This document shows, one piece after another, positions 6,402 through 14,048 of a DNA stretch of 14,968 nt. Under the pieces are notes generated by a model that worked only from the letters and a program-made list of their open reading frames with translations, ran no database searches and was not told the DNA's origin. A program made the position numbers and the translations under genes. Source of the stretch: a virus (Duplodnaviria; Heunggongvirae; Uroviricota; Caudoviricetes); the IMG/VR virus record IMGVR_UViG_2529292834_000017. One strand, 5' to 3'. Numbering within the stretch: position 1 is the stretch's first letter; each line of letters opens with the position of its first letter.

Positions 6402-8753
6402 ATGCGAAACATTGATCTTATCCGTCAGGTTATCAGTGCGTCTGAAAACAACTGGCCTCATGTGCTGGACTGCCTGAACATAAATGTCCCTGACTCTCCG
6501 CGCCGTCATGCTCCCTGCCCTGCATGTGGGGGCAAAGATCGATTCCGGTTCGATGACAACGGGCGCGGTAGCTTCATCTGTAATCAGTGCGGCGCTGGTG
6601 ATGGGCTGGATTTAATTAAACGCGTAAATAACTGCGACACAACAGAGGCGGCGCTTCTTGCCGCTGATGTTCTGGGTATTGATTACCGGACAACGGAAAC
6701 ACCAGAAGCCACCAGCCAGAAACGGGAACAACTGGAAACCGAGCGCCAGCGACGCGAACAGGAGCGCCTGAAAAGGGCAGAGAAGGACGAACAACAAAGA
6801 CGGGATACGTTTTCCCGTCAGTTTGATGACATGCGCAGAAAGGCTGTAAACGGCAAATCTGATTATCTGGTTGCGAAAGGGGTAGGTGATTTTACATTCC
6901 CTGTGTTGCCCGATGGATCTCTGTTGCTGGCGCTGGTGGATAAATCCGGCGCAGTCACAGCAGCACAGACTATTACCTCACATGGTGAAAAAAGACTCCT
7001 GACAGGTTCAGCAAAGCGAGGGGCATATCACGCCATAAACGCACAGAAACGACCTCACAGCATCATAATTGCTGAGGGGGTGGCTACCGCCCTGTCGTGC
7101 CATTTAATTCGCCCTGACGCAATGACAGTGGCAGCAATCGACGCTGGCAACCTGTTGCCAGTAGCGGAAGTCATGCGCAGAACATATCCACAGGCACAAA
7201 TCATCATTGCCGCAGATAACGATCACCAGCAAGGAAACTCCGAAAGTGGAGGGATCAACACGGGGAAAGATGCCGCAGAGAGGGCCGCTATTTCCGTAGC
7301 TGGCTGGGTGTCTCTGCCACCGACTGACTATAAAGCCGACTGGAACGACTATCACCAACAACACGGGCTGGCGGCAGCCACAGCAGCATTTAAAGATTCG
7401 ATGTACCAGCCACGGGGGAAAGGGGCGCAGGTGAAAAATCACAAACAGTCAGTCGGGGCGCTGAATGAGATCAGTTCTGGCGAGGTGTTAAGCGATGATG
7501 AAATTGCTGTCCTCGAAGAAATCAACCGGACGTTTACGCATGTCACCATCGGCGGGAAACACAAGGTGGTGTCGCTAAAGCCTTCTCAAACCGGCGGTGT
7601 ATCGCACGTTTTCGAGGATTTATCACAATTTCAGCATTATTTTCATCATAAACCGAGAGTCGCCAGAAAGCTGGCGGGATCGGCGTGGCTGTCATGGAGT
7701 GGGAAGAACTACAAGCCAGGAGGCGTAGGATTTTATCCAGTACCAGACAAATGCCCTGACGATGTTTTTAATCTGTATGAGGGGCTGGCACTGGAACCAA
7801 TTGAAGGAGATTGCACGGTATACCTTAATCACCTGTTGCAGGTTGTCTGTGCCGGTAATGAAGAGGCATACCAATATCTTATCCAGTGGATGGCGCACAT
7901 TATCCAAAAGCCTGATGAAAAACCGTCCGTGGCAATCGTGATGAAATCTGTCCCGGGCACAGGGAAAGGCACAACGGTTAAACCGCTGCTGCAAATACTG
8001 GGGCAGTACGCCGCCCACATTAACGGGGCGGGACATATTTCAGGGCGCTTCAATTCAATACTTGCTAACAAGCTACTGGTATTTGCTGACGAAGTGACGA
8101 TCCACAAGCCGTCTGAAGCTGACAGACTTAAAGCGATTATTAGCGAACCGACGTTTAACCTTGAGCGCAAGGGAATTGATGCTGAACCAATGCCGAATTT
8201 TGCCCGGTTGATATTTGCCAGTAACAGCACACAGGTATTACAGGCAGGGATAAGAGAGCGCCGCTATCTCGTGCTTGAGCCATCTCCTGAAAAAGCACAG
8301 AGCCGGGAGTATTTTGATCGGCTGTACAGTTGGCTTAATGATGGCGGTGCCGCAAAGTTGCTTTGGCATCTTAAAGGGGTGGATCTCTCAGGTTTTGACC
8401 CTCAACGAGCGCCACAGACCGATGCCTTACGTGAAGAAATCTTGCTGGGGCTGTCTGGCGTTGAATTGTTTCTTTATGGCGAGCTAATCAATGAACCTCC
8501 GTTTAATGGCGAAGTCCGTTTGTTTGCAAAGGATATGGTTAGTCGATTTGTAGCGTGGTCGCTTGAGCGTGGGGAAAAGCTTAAAGAACCAGCTGCCAGA
8601 TCACTACTGGGTAAATCACTTGCACAAATGGGGCTGGTGAAGCATGGAAGACCAGACCGAGGGAATGGCGTGTTCTACGAACTACCAGAGGTCGGAGTTC
8701 TACAGGCTGCGTTTGCCCGTCTGATCGGTATGGGGGGGTATGATGTTTTTTAA
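6402..8753 (+). CDS. P4 alpha-type bifunctional DNA primase / SF3-like helicase (zinc ribbon + Toprim + D5/P4-family NTPase)
   Basis: 783-aa ORF with SD GGGGGC. N-terminal zinc ribbon CPACGGKDRFRFDDNGRGSFICNQCGAGDGLDLI (CxxC...CxxC), near-diagnostic of P4-alpha-like primases. Toprim-like IIIAEGVATAL and AADNDHQ (DxD). P-loop-like SVPGTGKGTT, Walker B-like LLVFADEV, sensor-like LIFASNS. Size matches P4 alpha (777 aa). Confidence 0.93.
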   Translation: MRNIDLIRQVISASENNWPHVLDCLNINVPDSPRRHAPCPACGGKDRFRFDDNGRGSFICNQCGAGDGLDLIKRVNNCDTTEAALLAADVLGIDYRTTETPEATSQKREQLETERQRREQERLKRAEKDEQQRRDTFSRQFDDMRRKAVNGKSDYLVAKGVGDFTFPVLPDGSLLLALVDKSGAVTAAQTITSHGEKRLLTGSAKRGAYHAINAQKRPHSIIIAEGVATALSCHLIRPDAMTVAAIDAGNLLPVAEVMRRTYPQAQIIIAADNDHQQGNSESGGINTGKDAAERAAISVAGWVSLPPTDYKADWNDYHQQHGLAAATAAFKDSMYQPRGKGAQVKNHKQSVGALNEISSGEVLSDDEIAVLEEINRTFTHVTIGGKHKVVSLKPSQTGGVSHVFEDLSQFQHYFHHKPRVARKLAGSAWLSWSGKNYKPGGVGFYPVPDKCPDDVFNLYEGLALEPIEGDCTVYLNHLLQVVCAGNEEAYQYLIQWMAHIIQKPDEKPSVAIVMKSVPGTGKGTTVKPLLQILGQYAAHINGAGHISGRFNSILANKLLVFADEVTIHKPSEADRLKAIISEPTFNLERKGIDAEPMPNFARLIFASNSTQVLQAGIRERRYLVLEPSPEKAQSREYFDRLYSWLNDGGAAKLLWHLKGVDLSGFDPQRAPQTDALREEILLGLSGVELFLYGELINEPPFNGEVRLFAKDMVSRFVAWSLERGEKLKEPAARSLLGKSLAQMGLVKHGRPDRGNGVFYELPEVGVLQAAFARLIGMGGYDVF

Positions 8754-8782
8754 TATAGTCTTTTTACAAGAAGATCGTTTTT

Positions 8783-8795
8783 ACCTGTACCACCT
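8783..8795 (-). repeat. Single iteron-like copy (reverse complement AGGTGGTACAGGT) 30 bp after the primase stop
   Basis: ACCTGTACCACCT on the + strand matches 13/14 of the GGTGGTACAGGTGG repeat clustered at 9809-9911. Confidence 0.45.
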
Positions 8796-8844
8796 ATACC
8801 ATTAACAAACGCATTTCTTCTGGCTGGCTGAGAGGGAACAACCA

Positions 8845-9075
8845 ATGATGAGCACACCATTTTACAAAGTGCGCCAGTTAGCTTCTTCCTCTGGCTGGCA
8901 GCTACGGTTTGAGGGGCGTTCAGACTGGCTACCCATTGCGGCATGGGCGAATGTTGAAATGTGTATTGACGGCGATACCGTTGAAATCATTATTCCCTGC
9001 GTGGCAAGTCGGGACGGCTGTATAGAGCCAACAGATATGGCAGCAGAAATCAGAGAGGTAAAACATGAACAATAA
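8845..9075 (+). CDS. Hypothetical protein (76 aa)
   Basis: SD GAGAGGGAA before the ATG at 8845. Overlaps the next gene by 11 nt. No recognisable motif. Confidence 0.55.
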   Translation: MMSTPFYKVRQLASSSGWQLRFEGRSDWLPIAAWANVEMCIDGDTVEIIIPCVASRDGCIEPTDMAAEIREVKHEQ

Positions 9076-9802
9076 CTATTGCATACTGCAGGGAATGACC
9101 AGAACGGAGCGCGAAGAATTAAAAAGTTTCGCTACACAGTGCGGGAATGCTGGCGACATCCAAAGTCTGGAACGCACTTTAATTATGATTGCGCACTGGA
9201 TGCGCCAGGGGCAAAGAGTTTCATTTACTGAATATGCCAGCCAGTGGACAGAGGCACAGCGCGAACGGAGCGACGGTAATCACTCAACACCCGAAATGGC
9301 GAAGCAATGGCCTTTCAGTGGTAAACGCTGTATCAGTCCCGGTGGTTCAGATTATTACCCTGCTGGTGTGGGAGATGAGCCATGTTGTGACGAGACTGAA
9401 ATCCGCCACGCAGTGACAGTAATTACCGCTGAATACCCACAATTTAACCTTGACGGACTGGCGCTCCACAACCGGAATGCGGACTGGGAAAACCCGCTTG
9501 ATAACCCGTCATTTATCGTATCGGCGAAAAGCTGCCTGAGATGGATCAGAGACAACGGGATGAGTAATGCCCAGATTGAGAGCTTCCCGCAGGATAACCC
9601 CACATCTGACACGTTGAAGCATGAAGTGGAGCGATATAACCAGATAAACCACCAGCACAGTGATCACCCGCACTATATCCCCAACGGAGCATTTATTGCG
9701 GCGATGGTGGCAAGCGGCTACAAGGTTAAGCCAGCGGGAAGAATGAACGCATTTTTCAATATTTCAAAAAAGGGATTATGTGCTGCTATGGGTAAAAATT
9801 AA
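9065..9802 (+). CDS. Hypothetical protein (245 aa), Cys/His-containing
   Basis: SD GAGAGG before the ATG at 9065. Contains CCDETEIRH and HQHSDHPHY segments. No recognisable family. Confidence 0.65.
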   Translation: MNNNYCILQGMTRTEREELKSFATQCGNAGDIQSLERTLIMIAHWMRQGQRVSFTEYASQWTEAQRERSDGNHSTPEMAKQWPFSGKRCISPGGSDYYPAGVGDEPCCDETEIRHAVTVITAEYPQFNLDGLALHNRNADWENPLDNPSFIVSAKSCLRWIRDNGMSNAQIESFPQDNPTSDTLKHEVERYNQINHQHSDHPHYIPNGAFIAAMVASGYKVKPAGRMNAFFNISKKGLCAAMGKN

Positions 9803-9808
9803 ATAAAT

Positions 9809-9911
9809 GGTACAGGTCTGTACAGGTGGGGAGAGGTCATTTTTACCCACCTGTACCACCTGCAGGCCGCGCCACACAAGGGTTTGTGACATGGTGGTAC
9901 AGGTGGTACAG
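9809..9911. repeat. Iteron cluster: at least 3 copies of GGTGGTACAGGTGG in both orientations, including an 11-bp perfect inverted repeat; candidate replication origin / crr-like site
   Basis: GGTACAGGT at 9809-9817; GTACAGGTGGG at 9820-9830 is perfectly inverted to CCCACCTGTAC at 9846-9856 (15-nt spacer); GGTGGTACAGGTGGTACAG at 9893-9911. Non-coding position downstream of the primase-helicase. The origin role is inference by analogy to P4 alpha binding iterons in ori/crr. Confidence 0.5.
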
Positions 9912-10228
9912 CAAAAACAGCGATTTTCTTTATAAGGTATGTTTTGCTCATCTGGCAGACGGAGGTATTCGCTGCGGTTTGGCACATAGCCCAGAACAGC
10001 AAAGAGTTTTACGAGACTTTTGTAAAATCCAGTGTACAAGGGCGTGACGTTTTTGAAGGTGAGCACTACGAAATTTTCGTAGTTCAAAAAATAGCCTCTG
10101 AGATGTTGTTATGCCTGTTCAGCAAACCATCCGCATAGCTGATCGCGAATCAAATTACCAATGGAGCCAGAAGCAAGGGCAGAACTGGAAAGCGCCTGCC
10201 GTGAAGAGTAATGCGACTCCATAAATAT

Positions 10229-10251
10229 AGTTTTTAGAGTCCATAAAAAAA
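10229..10251 (+). promoter_or_regulatory. Copy 2 of conserved motif AGTTTT-N2-GAGTCCATAAAAAA (putative promoter of the cargo operon)
   Basis: 14/14 identity of 10237-10250 with 4389-4402, plus matching upstream AGTTTT. A degenerate third copy GACTCCATAAA is at 10215-10225. Followed within 30 nt by a strong hairpin terminator. Confidence 0.35.
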
Positions 10252-10276
10252 CTGTCAAAACCTGACATACAGAACG

Positions 10277-10309
10277 ATGCCACCAGCTACTGAACGGTGG
10301 CATTTTTTT
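10277..10309 (+). terminator. Rho-independent terminator / attenuator in the leader of the cargo operon
   Basis: 8-bp stem ATGCCACC / GGTGGCAT (10277-10284 with 10296-10303), 11-nt loop, then a run of 6 T. The ORF-track ATG at 10277 lies inside the stem, so the 100-aa ORF 10277-10579 is an over-extension. Confidence 0.55.
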
Positions 10310-10405
10310 GTGCTATTTGTTTCATATTTTGCAATCACAATGATGAATGTTGCGTTTTATGAAACTATAATGACTGTTGTTTTATACAGTTCTAAGGGGG
10401 GCGTT

Positions 10406-10579
10406 ATGGCTATTTCAGTAAAGCCAGTATTGATAAGTGAGAAGCAAATGGAAGCGATAAAGAAAATTCAGGAGGAGCAGCGTAAAAAATCAGAGGTAGG
10501 AGTTGCGCCAACGATCCACGAAATTGCTCGGGGATTAATGGATAAGGCGCTGGCTTACACTTTAACTGGACGTGGGTAA
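10406..10579 (+). CDS. Small hypothetical protein (57 aa), first gene of the cargo operon
   Basis: Strong SD AAGGGGGG 6 nt before the ATG at 10406. Protein MAISVKPVLISEKQMEAIKKIQEEQRKKSEVGVAPTIHEIARGLMDKALAYTLTGRG, charged and helical-looking. Possible small regulator or partner protein; inference only. Confidence 0.6.
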   Translation: MAISVKPVLISEKQMEAIKKIQEEQRKKSEVGVAPTIHEIARGLMDKALAYTLTGRG

Positions 10580-10583
10580 ATTT

Positions 10584-11927
10584 ATGGCTACGTGGCAACA
10601 GGGTATTAATTCTGGTGGTTTTCTGGCTGGCATCGGTGCGCAAAATGAGAATGCGCCAAAGGCAAGCGACATTAACGCAACGCTTGGTCTGATCCGCGAA
10701 AACAATGAACTGGCTCGCTCAGGTGCAAATAACGTTGCTCTGACAGGTCTTCGTGGTCTGGCTGGAGTTGCTGACATTTATAAGCAGCAGCAACAGCAGG
10801 AACGTAAAGCGGCATTCCAGAAAGGTTATGCAGATGCTTATGCGTCCGGTGACAGGGAGCAGATGCGTAATCTTATTACAGCATTCCCAGAAGAGTTTGA
10901 GGAAGTCCGTAAAGGGATGAGTTATGTCGATGATGCTCAAAGGGATGATTATGGCAATCTGGCGCTCAAAGCACAGGTAGCCTCATCGCTTGGTCAGGGC
11001 GCATTTGGCAGGTTCATGATGGATAATGAGCAGGAGATGCGTCGTTTAGGTATCCCTCCAGAAACTATTGCTGAAATGCAGGTTAATGACCCGCAGGGCT
11101 TCCAGCATTTCGCAGGTAATCTGGCGCTGTTTTCTCTCGGTCATGAGAAGTATTTCGATATCAAAGATCAAATGGAAGGTCGTCGACTTGAGCAAGGGCG
11201 ACTGGATGAAAGTATGCGTCAGGCTGACATGGAGAACGCGAGAGGATGGGCAAATATCCAGAACGCTCAACTAGACAGGGCTCAGCGAGCACAAATTCAC
11301 TCAGATGAGATGGGATTGAAGCTAATGGAGCTGGGGCAAAAAGGTAAGCCGTCAGCAGACTTAATTAAGGGATTAAATTCTGACATTACCAATTTTGGCA
11401 AAAATTATAACTCTGTCAGAGCGGCGGCAAACTCTCTGCAAGCCCTTAGCAAGGTAAATACTGGCGCTGCCCAACTTGGGATTATCTTCAACTACATGAA
11501 ATCTCTTGACCCGCAGTCAGTCGTTCGTGAAGGCGAACAGGTTCAGGTAATGCGGTCTGATGGCATATGGGGACAAATCAAAGGATACATAGACCAGCTT
11601 AATGCTGGAAACGGCCTGTCGCAGGAGGCAAAGGATAACATTGTTAACGCCGCAAAAATCAACGCCAATGCTATGGGGCAGCAGTTTAACCAGCAGGTTG
11701 ACGAGTATCTCGATACATATGGAGAAACTATTCCTCAGGGGCTAAGAAAAAGCCTTGAAAGAAGGAAAGCGAAGCTATTTGACGATGTTTCCGGGCAGCC
11801 TACATCACAGGCTGGCACTGGACAGGCAAAAGCGGCAACCGGAGGAATATCAGAAGGCGCAACGGCAACCAACCCTAAAACTGGTCAGAAAATCATTTAC
11901 AGGAACGGAAAATGGCAGCAAATGTAA
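10584..11927 (+). CDS. Hypothetical coiled-coil-rich protein (~448 aa; 451 aa if GTG 10572 is used) with Gly-rich N-terminus
   Basis: Long ORF with coding-like composition. N-terminal Gly/Ala/Asn-rich segment (GINSGGFLAGIGAQNENAPK), then a Q/E/R-rich probable coiled coil (QADMENARGWANIQNAQLDRAQRAQIH). No Walker, nuclease or other catalytic motif seen. Start ambiguous between GTG 10572 (overlapping the upstream stop) and ATG 10584. Confidence 0.8.
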   Translation: MATWQQGINSGGFLAGIGAQNENAPKASDINATLGLIRENNELARSGANNVALTGLRGLAGVADIYKQQQQQERKAAFQKGYADAYASGDREQMRNLITAFPEEFEEVRKGMSYVDDAQRDDYGNLALKAQVASSLGQGAFGRFMMDNEQEMRRLGIPPETIAEMQVNDPQGFQHFAGNLALFSLGHEKYFDIKDQMEGRRLEQGRLDESMRQADMENARGWANIQNAQLDRAQRAQIHSDEMGLKLMELGQKGKPSADLIKGLNSDITNFGKNYNSVRAAANSLQALSKVNTGAAQLGIIFNYMKSLDPQSVVREGEQVQVMRSDGIWGQIKGYIDQLNAGNGLSQEAKDNIVNAAKINANAMGQQFNQQVDEYLDTYGETIPQGLRKSLERRKAKLFDDVSGQPTSQAGTGQAKAATGGISEGATATNPKTGQKIIYRNGKWQQM

Positions 11928-14029
11928 TCTTACCGGAAGGTTTTGTGCTCGATGAACAACCTGATAACTCACAGTTTCCTGATAGTTCACAGCTTCCTGA
12001 TGGTTTTGTGCTTGATGCCCAACCAGAACAGCAGCAATCACCTTTGGTTTCACCAGAGGAAAATTCCAGACAGGAAAATGTTGTTAATAATGCTAACGGT
12101 TTCGACCGTTTTATGTATGGCGTTCTCAGTGGATTGATGGATGTTGGTAAAGGTGTTGGCCTGTTTCAGGATATGACACCAGAAGAGCAAGCCGCAATTC
12201 AGTCTCTACAGCAGAAGTTAGCGGCAAAACCATCAACCGCACAAGATGTTGGTGAGTTCGTTGGACAAGCAGCGCCATTTGTTAGTGGTGGTGGGATTAT
12301 TTCTCAGGTTCCCAAAGGGGCGGCAAGACTGGCTGCCGCCGCAGGGCTTGGTGCTGGAGAAGGGGCTATTGTAGCCAATGGAACAAATAGCGATGTTGCT
12401 TCCGGCGCTGCTATTGGCGCTGTGGCTGGCCCTGTAGCCGAACTTGCTGGCCCTGCAATTAATAAAATAGCTGGGAAATTAACCAAGAAGAATGTTTCTT
12501 CGATTCCAGATATTGAGGGGATTACTCCTGCCGAAGAGAAAATTCGTAAGTTATCTGCACAAGGCAACCCAAATCTTGCCTCTTCGCTTGAAGGGCTAGA
12601 TCTAAAACCTCAGAAAGAAATTGTTGAGGCTGCAAATAGGCTTCATGTTGATTCAGTTCTTCCTTCTCATTTATCAGGAAATGAGCAATACCAAGCTGTA
12701 GAGCAAGCCCTAAAGTCACGGACAGGATCAGCGTTAAAAGCTCAAGAAGATAAAGCAATAAGCGAATTAGCCTCTAGTGCTGGCAAGATAATCGATGATG
12801 TTGCTGGTGCGCCAGATGCGTTAGCTATGAGCGAAAAATATATTTATCAGATAAATAGTAGAATGGAAGCACTAAAAAACCGTAGTGATCAGTTATATAA
12901 ACGTGTTGATTCCGCTCTATCACCAAGAACAAAAGTCGAAGCAAATAACACAAGCACTATGCTGGAAAAAATCGCTGATGATTTAGGAGGGTGGGATAAT
13001 CTTGACCCAATAGAAAAGCGAGTTTTTACAGCAATAAACCCCGGCCCAGATAGCATCCTAACGTATGCAAATTTAAACAGGCAAAGGCGTTTAGTTGGTG
13101 ATGCCCTAAATAAAAAGCAGGGGCCATACAAAGATGCTGATAAAGAAGCGCTATCAAGACTATATGGAGCTTTAGCTGAAGACCAAAAATCTGTCTTATC
13201 CAATACTGGATACTTGCGAGATTTCGAAGTCGCACAACGCCTTGTAGCTATGAGAAAAAACTTAGAAAGGCAAATGGTAAATCTTCGCGGGAAAACACTT
13301 AATGGGGATATAGCGTATAAAGTAACGAATTCTCTTCAATCTATGGCAAAAGGTGATGCGAGAGGGTTTCGTGAGATTATGCAAAATACTCCATCAAGAA
13401 CATTGCGAAGGGAGCTAGTAGGAACAGCATTAAGAGATATGCTTTCCTCTGGGAAGCGTGGGGCCGACTTTAATCCATCTGGCTTCGCAGATTGGTGGCA
13501 AAACTTGCAACACAGTGGACAGCTAAAGACTTTGGCTGAACATTTGCCAAAAGAAACAATGAGCGGACTATATGATGTATACAAAGTTGCCAGAGCAATA
13601 AAAAATGCTAAAGCGCATGAAATATCTACTGGTAAGCTGAATGAGTTTGTAAACAGATTTAATCGGGTAACAGCTCCATACGAACTAGCAGCAAAACACA
13701 TTCAAAAAATAGGCACGATGGTAGGCGCTCATTTTGGATCGCTTGGAGCCATTGCTGGGGCTGATATTGGAGCAAGATTGGCGAGTAAAGCTCGATTAGC
13801 TGGTGGAGCAGGGGCGGCTGATGCTGCGGATAAATTAATTGCCTCGCCAGCCTTCCAGAGCGCAGTAAAAAATCTACACGGAAAAGCGCCTGGGCACATT
13901 GTTGATTCACGTATCAGGCGCTCCCCTCAATGGAAGAGTTTTTTTAACTCTCTTCCTGAACAGGAAAAACGGACCATCGCCAGACTGGGCATCATTACTT
14001 GGCTATCTAATGATCCAGATAATGACTAG
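11912..14029 (+). CDS. Hypothetical 705-aa protein with N-terminal tandem repeat and Gly/Ala-rich amphipathic segments
   Basis: ATG at 11912 with AGGAA 6 nt upstream; overlaps the end of the upstream gene by 16 nt. N-terminus has a tandem repeat LPEGFVLDEQP / LPDGFVLDAQP. Gly/Ala-rich stretches at residues ~125-180 (AARLAAAAGLGAGEGAIVANG...AIGAVAGPVAELAGPAINKIAGKL) and near the C-terminus (GSLGAIAGADIGARLASKARLAGGAGAADAADKLIASPA). No enzymatic motif recognised. GC content drops sharply after ~12500. Confidence 0.85.
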   Translation: MAANVILPEGFVLDEQPDNSQFPDSSQLPDGFVLDAQPEQQQSPLVSPEENSRQENVVNNANGFDRFMYGVLSGLMDVGKGVGLFQDMTPEEQAAIQSLQQKLAAKPSTAQDVGEFVGQAAPFVSGGGIISQVPKGAARLAAAAGLGAGEGAIVANGTNSDVASGAAIGAVAGPVAELAGPAINKIAGKLTKKNVSSIPDIEGITPAEEKIRKLSAQGNPNLASSLEGLDLKPQKEIVEAANRLHVDSVLPSHLSGNEQYQAVEQALKSRTGSALKAQEDKAISELASSAGKIIDDVAGAPDALAMSEKYIYQINSRMEALKNRSDQLYKRVDSALSPRTKVEANNTSTMLEKIADDLGGWDNLDPIEKRVFTAINPGPDSILTYANLNRQRRLVGDALNKKQGPYKDADKEALSRLYGALAEDQKSVLSNTGYLRDFEVAQRLVAMRKNLERQMVNLRGKTLNGDIAYKVTNSLQSMAKGDARGFREIMQNTPSRTLRRELVGTALRDMLSSGKRGADFNPSGFADWWQNLQHSGQLKTLAEHLPKETMSGLYDVYKVARAIKNAKAHEISTGKLNEFVNRFNRVTAPYELAAKHIQKIGTMVGAHFGSLGAIAGADIGARLASKARLAGGAGAADAADKLIASPAFQSAVKNLHGKAPGHIVDSRIRRSPQWKSFFNSLPEQEKRTIARLGIITWLSNDPDND

Positions 14030-14048
14030 TGAATGGCCACGGATGGCC

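Noticed and set aside
9776-10303. Several 60-100 aa ORFs on both strands in the iteron/leader region (9776-10087 -, 9799-10002 -, 9826-10047 +, 9944-10138 +, 10109-10303 -)
   Set aside because: They cross iterons, the conserved motif and the terminator hairpin and lack SD sequences; the region reads as regulatory. A real short peptide cannot be excluded.
10277-10405. Upstream extension of the small cargo gene (ORF track 10277-10579, 100 aa)
   Set aside because: The ATG at 10277 lies inside the terminator stem and has no SD; the ATG at 10406 has a strong AAGGGGGG SD.
11880-11927. PKTG-containing C-terminus of the ~450-aa protein resembling the end of colicin DNase domains; colicin-like architecture generally
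   Set aside because: Only a 4-residue coincidence. No H-N-H or other nuclease motif, and no small immunity or lysis gene follows.
8845-14029. Looked for P4 late genes (sid, delta/ogr zinc finger, psu), reverse transcriptase (YxDD), CRISPR repeats and terminase/capsid signatures
   Set aside because: No CxxC...CxxC Ogr/Delta-like small protein, no YADD motif, no regularly spaced repeat array, no terminase P-loop. Absence is by eye only.
14035-14048. GGCCA-CGGA-TGGCC hairpin between the convergent 705-aa and membrane-protein genes as a bidirectional terminator
   Set aside because: Only a 5-bp stem and a poor T-tract; plausible but too weak to call.
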